Shown here: one piece after another, positions 28,088 to 37,267 of the stretch
Position numbering within the stretch: the stretch's first letter is position 1
Layout: every line of letters starts with the position of its first letter
Assembly (NCBI GenBank): GCA_900770925.1
Contig: CAAGLY010000024.1
Location: forward strand, 1,735 to 65,734
Source: Bacilli bacterium
GTDB taxonomy: Bacteria; Bacillota_I; Bacilli_A; RFN20; CAG-288
Direction of reading: 5' to 3'
DNA length: 64,000 nucleotides
The notes under the pieces: model-generated
What the model was told of the DNA's origin: nothing
Seen by the model: only the letters and a program-made list of their open reading frames with translations
Databases searched by the model: none
Made by a program: the position numbers and the translations under genes

Positions 28088-31033
28088 CTATTCTGTTACC
28101 TCAGCGTTGGTTACTGTGATTGTAATATCTTCTGATAACTCAATATAAGTATCATAATCAGTTTGGTACTTGAATTTATAGCATCGTATCAGCTTATTAG
28201 TGGCAGCAGAACGATAAACTAAATATTTCCTTCCTTCTGTTGTATACCTATTGTCGTCGCCAATATACAGAACCTTGATTCGTGTCCCTTCTTTAATTTT
28301 GTCCTTGTTTGTGTCGACATCGTCGTAGCCAAAAAGCGGAGATTTAGCTTGCACCTTGATGTACTTTTCACATCCGCTGGCAATTGTCACTTTATACTTC
28401 GTATAAGCTTTAGGAGCGAGTGTTAACGTGACGTTCTTGCTTTCTTTCGGGGCAGTGAAAACGATGTTAGCGGAGTGAGAATATGAACTGGTAACTAGTT
28501 CAAACTTGATATCTTCACCATCGGCCTTTAAAGCAATCTGACTCTTGTCGTCAATATAATAATCGGTTCCGGAGTTAAGAGTAACTTTGATTTTGTGCTC
28601 TGAATATAAGCTGAAGGTTTTATCGGCAGAGGCATGGATCGGCTCGCCAAAAGAAATATCGTCGACGGATACTTTCAAGTCAGCCTCTCCGGTAATTGAC
28701 CTAGTGCTTTTTGCCGCTTCTGCTGTTTCCACGACAATGGTAGCATCTCCTGCAGGAGCAACGAACTGATACTTGTTTTTAAAAGTCCCTTCTGTGATCA
28801 GATGCAATTCCTGCTCGGTCTCGCCAAACTTCAAAGTGACTTTAGAAACGGTGAATCCATTCTTGGGTGATACATATAGATATCCAGTATCGCCTTCATT
28901 TAATTTCTTAGAAGAAACCAGGGAATTCTTGGAATCATAAATGGTCTTTTCTAATAACCCAGAGTTTTTGTCTTCGATTGTGATTGTAGAAACAATAACT
29001 GTTTTTCCTACAACAGTGATGGAAACATCTTTGGTTCCCCTGGTAAATGTCCATTTATTTGAGTTGTCGTTATCGTTTGTCAAATCAGTAATCGATTCAT
29101 CGTCTAAGGTTAGATTCGTAACTTTAAAGCCAAGTTGAGCAGTTACAGTAACAGTGACTTTATCACCCTGTTTGTACGAGGGTTTATCGGTTTTAATGGA
29201 ATACTGATCTGTGTGGGTGTTATCGACCGTTACTTTATTTAATTTAGTTGTGATGCAGGTGATATTGACCTTCCCATCCTCGGGAATTTCAAAACTATAA
29301 GTTGAATTGCCATACTGATTGCTTCCATAGGTGACTTCTTTCCCATCCTGATAGTACATTTTAGAAATCGCATATCCATCTTTTAGCGTTGGGAACACAT
29401 ATACCTTAGTTCCAGGTACACCCGAGGTCAGCTTACTATAATCAGAGTATGTTGAGTATGTGCCAAATTTGATTTCGGTAACCGTTCCATCTTCAGGCAA
29501 AGTGAAATTCAACGTCTTGACTTCCACCAGCTTCCTGCTTAAAACAACATTTCCGCCATCGGGCATGATGAAGGAAAGAGTTTTCGTTGATCCGTCCCAG
29601 ATGCTTTTTCCAGGGACTTTAGTTAACTCGGTCTTTTTACCATCGATGGTTGCGCTATCGAAACCATCGATTTTCCAGCCCTCATTCGGAGTGATTTTCA
29701 GACTGACCCATTCGCCTGGAGTGTAAGAAGTCTTGCCAACGACACTGAATTTATTTGAATCGGTAAAGGAAATTGACTTGACGCCTTTATAGGTACTGGT
29801 CCTAGTGATAGAGGACTCTGTCCCTTTGAAGTAATATGTGGTGAGTTTGTAAGTGAGTACATTATCAGACCTGCTATCTACGCCGAACTGTGTTGAAGTG
29901 AAACCTGTACAGGTGGCAGATACGGAGTAACCATCCTTGTAGATTACATAGAAGTAAAGCGGAGCATAATTATCGTCTTTTTTCGAATAATAGCCTCCAT
30001 CTTTAATACCATAGATTTTATAAGAGCCATCCGTGGATGTATTAATGGTTGCTTTAAAGGAATCATCTCCCTTTTCCATTTCCTTCGCACCTTGGACTAA
30101 AAGGAGGTCGGCAGGATCAGAAGGCCTGATAAACTTTCCTGTGAAAGTAGAACCATCAGCGGTGGCTTTGTATTCAACATCGTTTACATAAAGCAGGACA
30201 TCATAAGAACTATAATAATATCCGCCTAACTTTGCAGTGAAAGTGACTTCAGTACCGACCTTGATTTCAGTAGATTTAATGCTTTCATCAGTGACTTCAA
30301 ATGCTTTTGTCGTTCCATAGGCAATCTTAAAATCGGTCAAATCCTTGCCAAGGATCTTATAACTGCTGAAATTGGAATTGATTTTCTTGGCGACCACACT
30401 AATGTTAACTGCTTTATCCGGCCTAGTGAAAGTGTATTTCGAACCTTCGGTAATAGGAGTTAAAGCCACATCATCAGAGGTGATGGAGTCAAATTCGTAA
30501 TTTTCTTCGTAATTCAGGCTAAGAGTAACTTCTTCGCCGTATTTGGCTTCAAGAGAGGTTGCACCGTTATTGCCGAATGTGTAAGTGACACCTTTACTCG
30601 CGGTAACTGTGATTGCGTGGCTCTTCCTGGAAGCGTTGACGGTAACCAACACGTTCTTAGCTGGCATGACAAAGGTATAGGTCTTGCCTTCTTCGACAGT
30701 AGTTAACTCAGCATCGCCGGAGGTAATTGAATCAAAATGATAGTGTTCAGCATAGGTTAAAGCAATCGTAACTTCAGTTCCTTCTTCAGCCTCTAACTTA
30801 GCCTGACCATTGAAGGTTACGGTAACACCTTCGCTTGCCTGCGTAGAGGCTTCATATTTGACAATGACCGGTGCTGTGCTAGTAGATGGAATCGGTGCTT
30901 CACTAGCAGACGGAAGAGTGGTAACAGGCTGACTACTTGGAATGCTCGTGCTCGGCTTGGCAGAATTGCCGTCGCAGCCGGCTAAAAGAAGCAGAAGAGA
31001 AGCAAGAGACAGAAGACTTTTTTTCTTTTTCAT
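28088..31033 (-). CDS. Large surface lipoprotein (981 aa) with tandem ~75-aa repeats near the N-terminus.
   Basis: MKKKKSLLSLASLLLLLAGC is a lipobox. The repeats GVTVTFNGQAKLEAEEGTEVTIALTYAEHYHFDSITSGDAELT and GVTYTFGNNGATSLEAKYGEEVTLSLNYEENYEFDSITSDDVALT are diverged at the DNA level. Confidence 0.6.
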   Translation of the reverse strand: MKKKKSLLSLASLLLLLAGCDGNSAKPSTSIPSSQPVTTLPSASEAPIPSTSTAPVIVKYEASTQASEGVTVTFNGQAKLEAEEGTEVTIALTYAEHYHFDSITSGDAELTTVEEGKTYTFVMPAKNVLVTVNASRKSHAITVTASKGVTYTFGNNGATSLEAKYGEEVTLSLNYEENYEFDSITSDDVALTPITEGSKYTFTRPDKAVNISVVAKKINSNFSSYKILGKDLTDFKIAYGTTKAFEVTDESIKSTEIKVGTEVTFTAKLGGYYYSSYDVLLYVNDVEYKATADGSTFTGKFIRPSDPADLLLVQGAKEMEKGDDSFKATINTSTDGSYKIYGIKDGGYYSKKDDNYAPLYFYVIYKDGYSVSATCTGFTSTQFGVDSRSDNVLTYKLTTYYFKGTESSITRTSTYKGVKSISFTDSNKFSVVGKTSYTPGEWVSLKITPNEGWKIDGFDSATIDGKKTELTKVPGKSIWDGSTKTLSFIMPDGGNVVLSRKLVEVKTLNFTLPEDGTVTEIKFGTYSTYSDYSKLTSGVPGTKVYVFPTLKDGYAISKMYYQDGKEVTYGSNQYGNSTYSFEIPEDGKVNITCITTKLNKVTVDNTHTDQYSIKTDKPSYKQGDKVTVTVTAQLGFKVTNLTLDDESITDLTNDNDNSNKWTFTRGTKDVSITVVGKTVIVSTITIEDKNSGLLEKTIYDSKNSLVSSKKLNEGDTGYLYVSPKNGFTVSKVTLKFGETEQELHLITEGTFKNKYQFVAPAGDATIVVETAEAAKSTRSITGEADLKVSVDDISFGEPIHASADKTFSLYSEHKIKVTLNSGTDYYIDDKSQIALKADGEDIKFELVTSSYSHSANIVFTAPKESKNVTLTLAPKAYTKYKVTIASGCEKYIKVQAKSPLFGYDDVDTNKDKIKEGTRIKVLYIGDDNRYTTEGRKYLVYRSAATNKLIRCYKFKYQTDYDTYIELSEDITITVTNAEVTE

Positions 31034-31203
31034 CTGGAATAGACCTCCTAGGTAATTTTTTGCTGATTCCTAAATGGTTTGACCCGAATTAAATTTATGG
31101 ATTATTTGGCTGAAAGTTTTGGATTAAAACAATTAGAAACCATAATCTTATTTATTATACTTTATTAATAGGAGGCATGGGCGTTTTTCTTTTCCATCAG
31201 AAA

Positions 31204-31221
31204 AAGGAGGTTTCCCTCCTT
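31204..31221 (-). terminator. Terminator downstream of the coaX / S-component operon.
   Basis: AAGGAGG tttcc CTCCTT hairpin with a T-run on the minus strand. A second small hairpin, ggcaaaaggctttgcc, lies at 31253-31268. Confidence 0.45.
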
Positions 31222-31277
31222 ATTCTGATTATTACCTAAGAAAACAAGATGGCAAAAGGCTTTGCCTGAAAGAAAAC

Positions 31278-31961
31278 TTATTTCTCAATAGATGGCGCGG
31301 TTTCTTCTTTCTTTGGTTCTTTCTTGACGAACCTATGAGGAAGAAGGAAGGAAAGACCAAGATGGTCTCCTGCTTGCTTTAAAGAAAAAGCAGTGACAGA
31401 TCCAAAGACAAGATTGACGGAAACCTCTACCCCGAAATTTGCAGCAGAAGAAATAAAGGCGGCAGCAAAGAAAGCTAAGGCATTCGTATCCGTTCCGTTC
31501 CTCTTGAAATAGAAGCAGGCATAGAAGAGGAGGAAGAAAACAGTGTTGAACAAGGAAACAGAAGCACAGGCTACCCTAGTGGCAATATAGCCTTTCTTTT
31601 CAAAACGATGGATAAGATCATAGAAGAATCCGGCTAAGAATCCAGCTAACCTTCTGGCTAAGTAGACAGTGACTAAAAAACCGGCAGGAGAATACTGGAA
31701 TAATACCGGTCCGGAAGGATCCCTTCCGGTTAATCCCTGAATTAAAGAGAAGGTTCCCCAGACAACACCGGCTAATGTTCCTCCGATAGGACCGAAGAGA
31801 CAGCTGATAACAGCAACCGGAATACCCATTAGAGTAATATTGAACAAGCCAAGATTGATGGTGGAAAGACCCGGAACAAAGGAGAAGATTGCCCTGATTG
31901 TGATCCTAATGGCGGCAACCGACATCGAATAGACGGCACTATTTCTGCGTTTCATTTTCAT
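31278..31961 (-). CDS. Polytopic membrane protein, putative ECF-transporter S component (pantothenate PanT-like by context).
   Basis: ~6 TM helices, ~227 aa, immediately downstream of coaX in the same orientation. Confidence 0.4.
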   Translation of the reverse strand: MKMKRRNSAVYSMSVAAIRITIRAIFSFVPGLSTINLGLFNITLMGIPVAVISCLFGPIGGTLAGVVWGTFSLIQGLTGRDPSGPVLFQYSPAGFLVTVYLARRLAGFLAGFFYDLIHRFEKKGYIATRVACASVSLFNTVFFLLFYACFYFKRNGTDTNALAFFAAAFISSAANFGVEVSVNLVFGSVTAFSLKQAGDHLGLSFLLPHRFVKKEPKKEETAPSIEK

Positions 31962-32726
31962 TTACCTCTTTGTATTGCGCTGATAGATTCTAGCTAAGCC
32001 CCTGAAAGTCAGATCCGGATCGTAAGTGAAATCAAATAACCTGTCTTTTAATAGACTTGCACAGCTTCCTGTTAGGATTGGAGTCAGTTCTCTGTCCCTC
32101 TCTCCTTCCCTCTTTTTCTTCCTTTCCCGGCAGAGCATCCTGTATCCGTAAAGGATACCGGAGTTCCTGCTTTCCTTTGTTGACTTTCCAATTAGGCGTT
32201 TTGGTTTCTCTAGCTCGATATCCCATAACTGGGCAGAATTCTGCCACCTATTAGAGGCAGAACTCCTCCTTCCGGGAAAAAGAGCGCCACCATAGAATTC
32301 TTTCTTTGCTGTGCAGGTGATGAAGGAGCTGACCGAACTTAAATCGGCAATGAAGTAATCCTTTTCACCTTTGGTCAATGCGCCGACACAGTCACAGAGA
32401 AGGTCGCTTCCGACCTCGGCTGGATTATCCATCCGGATAGCGAGTCCTGTTTTTAGGGATTTGTTTAGAACAAGACAGTCTTTTCCAATAAGCTTAGAGA
32501 CAGCATTCTTGATCCGGTTTGTCCTAGAAGGGACAACGGAAGAGAGGATGGCTCCTTCTATCTGGCTGGTGCTGATGTTTTCGAAAGCGAGGTATTGTTT
32601 CCTTAGCAGGATGTACTCTCCTTCCGATTTCCTTTTATCGGTGTAAGTCCGATAGCGGGAGGTGGGTTTTTCATCGAAAAAACACCTGTTTAGGGAATCA
32701 TTCCCTAAATCGAGAATAAAAATCAT
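31962..32726 (-). CDS. coaX: Type III pantothenate kinase CoaX.
   Basis: MIFILDLGNDSLN matches the CoaX N-terminal MxLxxDxGNT motif. IADLSSVSS resembles the second ATP-binding motif (vIaDlGTA). ~254 aa. Confidence 0.6.
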   Translation of the reverse strand: MIFILDLGNDSLNRCFFDEKPTSRYRTYTDKRKSEGEYILLRKQYLAFENISTSQIEGAILSSVVPSRTNRIKNAVSKLIGKDCLVLNKSLKTGLAIRMDNPAEVGSDLLCDCVGALTKGEKDYFIADLSSVSSFITCTAKKEFYGGALFPGRRSSASNRWQNSAQLWDIELEKPKRLIGKSTKESRNSGILYGYRMLCRERKKKREGERDRELTPILTGSCASLLKDRLFDFTYDPDLTFRGLARIYQRNTKR

Positions 32727-32902
32727 ATTAGAATGTCTCCTCCTTCTACAGTCCAGAGAAGTATCTGGTACCGTGTGAGCAAGTCATCTGAGACGGAGAA
32801 AGTTTATTCCTCCCTTCTTTATTTGTCAAGGAACGAAAAAGAAATTGGTTTGATGTTACTTCGCAAAAAACAGAATTTTCAAAAAAATACGAGAGTACAG
32901 AT

Positions 32903-33004
32903 ATGAAATTGATTGAAAGAGGCAGGTATCTTAAACGGCTGCAGAATATGATTGGAACTCCGGACATTAGGAATCCGGATTGTGGATATTGCAACGATGT
33001 TTAA
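32903..33004 (+). pseudogene. 33-codon remnant of a COG1373/DUF4143 AAA ATPase N-terminus.
   Basis: MKLIERGRYLKRLQNMIGTPDIRNPDCGYCNDV* resembles the conserved N-terminus of these ATPases (M..IxRxxYLxxL......IKVITGxRRxGKS) but stops before the Walker A. The surrounding 620 bp are non-coding. Confidence 0.4.
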
Positions 33005-33351
33005 AAAAGAATAATTCACTTTGTATTTCTTAAAGATATTAATTTTTGCAAAGTAAGTCCTGCAAAACAAATTCCTGTATTAGAGCCTTTGGCAGATATC
33101 TGAAATATGGGGGATGGTCTCTTAATCGTTCTAGTGGTGAGCCATACTCCCGCTTCATGATTTTGTTTTGCTTTGGAATGTTTTAAATATACTATGCCTG
33201 AAATGGAACCGCTTTCAAATAGCGAAAATAGGATAGAAAAAGGAATAAAACAGAGGCATAGTTTTTCTTTTTCTTTTTGTGAACCGAAAACCGATAAATG
33301 ATAGAAATAGAAAACATTGCTATTTTTTCTTCTGTTTTTTAAAATATCAGT

Positions 33352-33768
33352 ATGAAAAAACTCAAAAAACTATTCCAGGATAAACTCTTCCTGACCATCT
33401 TGCGATGTGTGTTCTCTCTTCTGTTAGGTAGGATATTCTTCCTTAGTTATTATTTTACACATGAAAGCACTTACAGCACCATATCTACGGCATTTTTCAT
33501 TCCAAGTGCAATTCTTATCTGTATCGGTTTTTTCTCTCTGATTAATCATTTCGGAGGTAGGGATTTTGTCGGCTATGCCTCTGCTACCACAATCCAGTTT
33601 CTTAAGCGTAATCCAGAGAAGCAGTTTGAGGATCTTGTCTCTTATAAGGAATATAAGAATAGCCAGCGGGAATTCGAAGGTCCTGTCTATCTTCCTTACT
33701 TTATTTTCGGCGTCATTTATCTTGCAGCAGCAATTGTATTTTACATATTATTCAGGAAGTCCATCTAA
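33352..33768 (+). CDS. Small hypothetical membrane protein (3-4 TM).
   Basis: 138-aa ORF with hydrophobic segments; no confident family assignment. Confidence 0.4.
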   Translation: MKKLKKLFQDKLFLTILRCVFSLLLGRIFFLSYYFTHESTYSTISTAFFIPSAILICIGFFSLINHFGGRDFVGYASATTIQFLKRNPEKQFEDLVSYKEYKNSQREFEGPVYLPYFIFGVIYLAAAIVFYILFRKSI

Positions 33769-33797
33769 TTGACTCTGGAAATCATTCTCTCTAAACT
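33769..33797 (+). promoter_or_regulatory. Candidate sigma-A promoter for the opp operon: -35 TTGACT, 17-bp spacer, -10 TAAACT.
   Basis: ttgactctggaaatcattctctctaaact lies 60 nt upstream of the oppA ATG. Confidence 0.35.
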
Positions 33798-33856
33798 TGA
33801 CACAACCTTTTCATTGATGTGTTCATCAGCGGAAAGAATCTAAGGAGGACTATTCC

Positions 33857-36133
33857 ATGAAAAAAACAAAACTGATGTTGACGTCGCTTCTTTCTCTTCT
33901 TCTGCTAACTGGCTGCCACCACGAAACAGAAAATTCGACTTCTGTTTCGACTCCGGAAGAAAAACCATCTGAGCAGACAAAGACCGAACCCTTTACCGGT
34001 ACAGCTAACCTGACTGGTTTATCGGCAGAGGAAAAAACGGAACTTCTTGGTCAGAGGGAAGGCTATGCACAGAAGAACCATCTGACCGGTATTCCGCTTT
34101 ATGGTTCTGGCGGTTATACCTTAATCAGCGAACGTATTGCGCTTCCGGTAACCAATAACGTAGCGAACTATGGGTTCGGTACCTTACGGGAAGGCTATAT
34201 TAAAACCAATAGGACGGATGAGCAGGAACCGGTAAAAGCCTATCAAGGCTATTACCATACGGCGCTTGCTTCTACCACGAATAATCTGTCATCTCTTGAT
34301 GCTTCGGATAATAGCACTGGTAATTTAGTCGGTTATATCACGTCAAGCCTTTTCAGCCAACGTCTGGTCAAGAAAAAGGATGCGAACAAGACCTATGAAG
34401 AGAAATATGAGTGGTATGGATCCTTAGCCAAGGAGGATGCTCCGGAAGGTGTGGATGATGATTATGCAACGACCCATTCTTCCAAGAAGTGGAGAATTAA
34501 GGTCAAGACTGGTGCAAACAGCGGGCTGAAGTTCAAGACCTTATCCACAAAGAGCATTGACGGAATCGCTATTTCTTCTTTCAACGATACTCCGGTTACA
34601 GTGGATGACTATATCTTTGCCCTTAAGGTCAGGATGACTCAGAAGTACGGCAATTACTATGCTTTCCAGTATGCGTCAGATGCTTCCGAGATGGTCGGCG
34701 CAACCGATTATCTTGACGCAACAGCGGAAAACGGAAGGACGAGCGATAAGGCTAAGGCTGCCTGGAACAATGTCGGATACAAGAAAATCGATGATGAGAC
34801 AATCGAAGTCGAATTTGTCCATCCGACCGATCAGTTCGGAGCAAAGCATCGTCTAAGTGACACCCTTCTTTCTCCGATTAACGAGAAGTTCTACACCTTA
34901 GTCACGACTCTGAAGGCAAACGGAAAGATCGATGAAGGCGCCTTCACAAACGATAACTATGCAAAGTCGATCTCAACAACATATACTCCTGCCGATACGA
35001 CTCTCTCTTTAGGTGCCTATACGGTGAAGGAATACGAGACCGGAACCGGAACGGATAACCGTCTTGTCTTTGTGAAGAACGAAGACTGGGTCGATACGGT
35101 CAACGAAAAGAAAGAGACCGGATATGATATCTACCGTATTCCGGGAATCGTGGTCAATGTCAATTCGGCAATGAATCAGGATCCAACCGCCAATTACAAC
35201 AATTTCAAAGCCGGAAAGACGGATGTCTCAAGTATTCCTTCTTCTGTAAAGGATACTGAAGCCGGGGATAAGCCATATAAGCACTATGTTCCTGGCGATT
35301 CTGTCTGGAAGCTTCAGGTCAACTCCCTGACTCAGGAGGAATGGAACAGCATCTTCAAAAAAGGCGGTGAAGTCATTGAAGACTATCAGACTGAAGATGA
35401 AAAGGACTACTATCAGTGCAAGCCGATCAGGAGCAATGATGACTTCATCAATGGTGTCTATACCTGCATTAACCGTGAAGCGCTTGCTGATCTTGTCTCT
35501 GCCGATATCGGAGATTCCTTCTTCTCTGAACTGTATGAGATTGATCCGATTAACCATGTCTCCTATAACTCCACCGAAGCCCACAAGAAAGCAAGGAAGA
35601 ACTATTATCCGAGCACGCATGGCTATAACCTAGAAGCCTCTAAGCAGCTCTTCTCCCGTGCTATCGATTCGGAGTTAACAGCCGGACACTATAAAGCCGG
35701 AACGAAAGACAATCCGACGGTCATCCAGGTTCAGGTTGCCTATCAGACTCAGAGCCAGATTGAACAGGAAGGAACCGCTGTCGAGAAGTACATCGAGGAT
35801 GCTTTTAATGCAGTCGGACTCGATAAAGGCGTTAAGCTCGATGTTGTCAATTATGCTCCGGCAGTCTGGTCGGATATCTACTACAACAGGACGCTTGTAG
35901 GCAAGTTCGATTTTGCCTTTGCCGCTATCTCTGGCGGTACTCTTGATCCAATCGGCTTCAGGAATACGCTCTGCTCCAACTCCCGTACTACCTTTACTCT
36001 TTCCTGGGGAGCCCATACGAATGTCGATACCGGCGAGATTGTCTATAATGACAAATCCTATTCGTTCGATGCAAGGTACGAAGCCCTTGCCTTAGGCGAT
36101 GCTGAGATTAAGGATGGTGCGTTGGTCTACTAA
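33857..36133 (+). CDS. oppA: Oligopeptide ABC transporter substrate-binding lipoprotein (OppA-like, 758 aa).
   Basis: MKKTKLMLTSLLSLLLLTGC is a lipobox. The large SBP is followed by oppBCDF. RBS AAGGAGG. Confidence 0.6.
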   Translation: MKKTKLMLTSLLSLLLLTGCHHETENSTSVSTPEEKPSEQTKTEPFTGTANLTGLSAEEKTELLGQREGYAQKNHLTGIPLYGSGGYTLISERIALPVTNNVANYGFGTLREGYIKTNRTDEQEPVKAYQGYYHTALASTTNNLSSLDASDNSTGNLVGYITSSLFSQRLVKKKDANKTYEEKYEWYGSLAKEDAPEGVDDDYATTHSSKKWRIKVKTGANSGLKFKTLSTKSIDGIAISSFNDTPVTVDDYIFALKVRMTQKYGNYYAFQYASDASEMVGATDYLDATAENGRTSDKAKAAWNNVGYKKIDDETIEVEFVHPTDQFGAKHRLSDTLLSPINEKFYTLVTTLKANGKIDEGAFTNDNYAKSISTTYTPADTTLSLGAYTVKEYETGTGTDNRLVFVKNEDWVDTVNEKKETGYDIYRIPGIVVNVNSAMNQDPTANYNNFKAGKTDVSSIPSSVKDTEAGDKPYKHYVPGDSVWKLQVNSLTQEEWNSIFKKGGEVIEDYQTEDEKDYYQCKPIRSNDDFINGVYTCINREALADLVSADIGDSFFSELYEIDPINHVSYNSTEAHKKARKNYYPSTHGYNLEASKQLFSRAIDSELTAGHYKAGTKDNPTVIQVQVAYQTQSQIEQEGTAVEKYIEDAFNAVGLDKGVKLDVVNYAPAVWSDIYYNRTLVGKFDFAFAAISGGTLDPIGFRNTLCSNSRTTFTLSWGAHTNVDTGEIVYNDKSYSFDARYEALALGDAEIKDGALVY

Positions 36134-36155
36134 GAAGATCATCTCTAGATGGCAG

Positions 36156-36188
36156 AAGCTGAACTGGAATTTGTCCGGTTCAGCTTTT
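36156..36188 (+). terminator. Intra-operon hairpin (attenuator/partial terminator) between oppA and oppB.
   Basis: AAGCTGAAC-N13-GTTCAGCTT 9-bp stem followed by TTTT. Confidence 0.4.
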
Positions 36189-36234
36189 GCATCATTAGCA
36201 TCCATTTCATCAAATTTTAAGAAAGGAAACGAAA

Positions 36235-37266
36235 ATGGTAAAATACATTATCAAGCGAGTCTTGCTAGCTATTGTTACCTTATTTATCATTCTGTCCCTC
36301 ACTTTTATCCTTATCCAGCTTCTTCCGTTTGAGAAACCGGTAGGGACAAGTGCCCAGCAGATTGCCTACTATACGAAGCAGGCTTCCTTAGGCTATCTGA
36401 TCCGGACAACGGAGCTGAACAGTAAGCTTGGTACTCCTCTTTATACGACCACTGTCTCTAGTACTACTTATTATTTCTATCAGGCTCCTATTCTCGGTCA
36501 GTATCTTTCCTGGCTGAAGAATATCTTCACTGCATGGGACTGGGGGCTGAGCAAATCGGTTCAGGCTAATGTTCCGGTGAGGAGCATTATTGCTAAAGGA
36601 CTTCCGGTTACGATTGAAGTCAATGTCCTATCGGTTGTTCTCTCTGTTCCGCTTGGAATCGGACTAGGTATCTGGGCAGCCTTAAAGAAGAATAAGCCGA
36701 CCGATCACATTATCTCAACTTTAATCAGGATTTTTATCTCTGTTCCTAGCTTTGTCATCATTACCTTCCTGATTCTGACTTTCGGCTATAGGTGGAAGAT
36801 TTTACCGACAGAATGGGCGAAGTCGACTTCTCCTCTTTCGGTCAAGGCAGCTGCCTTTGTTATTCCGGTTCTTTCTCTCTCTTTCTCAAGTATCTGCGGA
36901 TACTGCCGGTTCACCCGTGCAGAACTCTGCGATGTTCTTTCTTCGGATTATCTGCTTCTGGCGAGAACGAAGGGACTGACGAAGAAACAGTCGGTCAGGC
37001 GTCATGCTTTACGTAATGCCAGGGTTCCGATTCTTCCTTCAATCCTCTCGGAGGTTGTCGGTATTCTCTCCGGCTCGATGATTCTTGAGACACTGTATAA
37101 CATCCCCGGAATCGGAAATCTGTTCTATGAGGCACTGACGGCAAAAGACTACAACTTGTTAATGGCGGACAGGGCCTTGTTTACCAGTATCGGACTATTA
37201 GCCGGAATTGTTCTTGATTTATCCTACGGATTCTTAGATCCGCGTATCAGAATGGGGGAAAAGTAA
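36235..37266 (+). CDS. oppB: Oligopeptide ABC transporter permease OppB.
   Basis: 6-TM BPD-transporter permease, 343 aa. Confidence 0.7.
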   Translation: MVKYIIKRVLLAIVTLFIILSLTFILIQLLPFEKPVGTSAQQIAYYTKQASLGYLIRTTELNSKLGTPLYTTTVSSTTYYFYQAPILGQYLSWLKNIFTAWDWGLSKSVQANVPVRSIIAKGLPVTIEVNVLSVVLSVPLGIGLGIWAALKKNKPTDHIISTLIRIFISVPSFVIITFLILTFGYRWKILPTEWAKSTSPLSVKAAAFVIPVLSLSFSSICGYCRFTRAELCDVLSSDYLLLARTKGLTKKQSVRRHALRNARVPILPSILSEVVGILSGSMILETLYNIPGIGNLFYEALTAKDYNLLMADRALFTSIGLLAGIVLDLSYGFLDPRIRMGEK

Positions 37267-37267
37267 A

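Noticed and set aside
28075-31030. Poly-A runs (A7) in the first codons of lipoprotein genes as phase-variation tracts
   Set aside because: The runs are only 7 nt and arise naturally from consecutive AAA/AAG Lys codons of the signal-peptide n-region. No longer homopolymers or dinucleotide repeats are present in the promoters.
33798-33803. Second TTGACA hexamer just downstream of the proposed opp promoter
   Set aside because: No acceptable -10 element lies at 16-18 bp spacing, so the upstream TTGACT/TAAACT pair is retained as the candidate.
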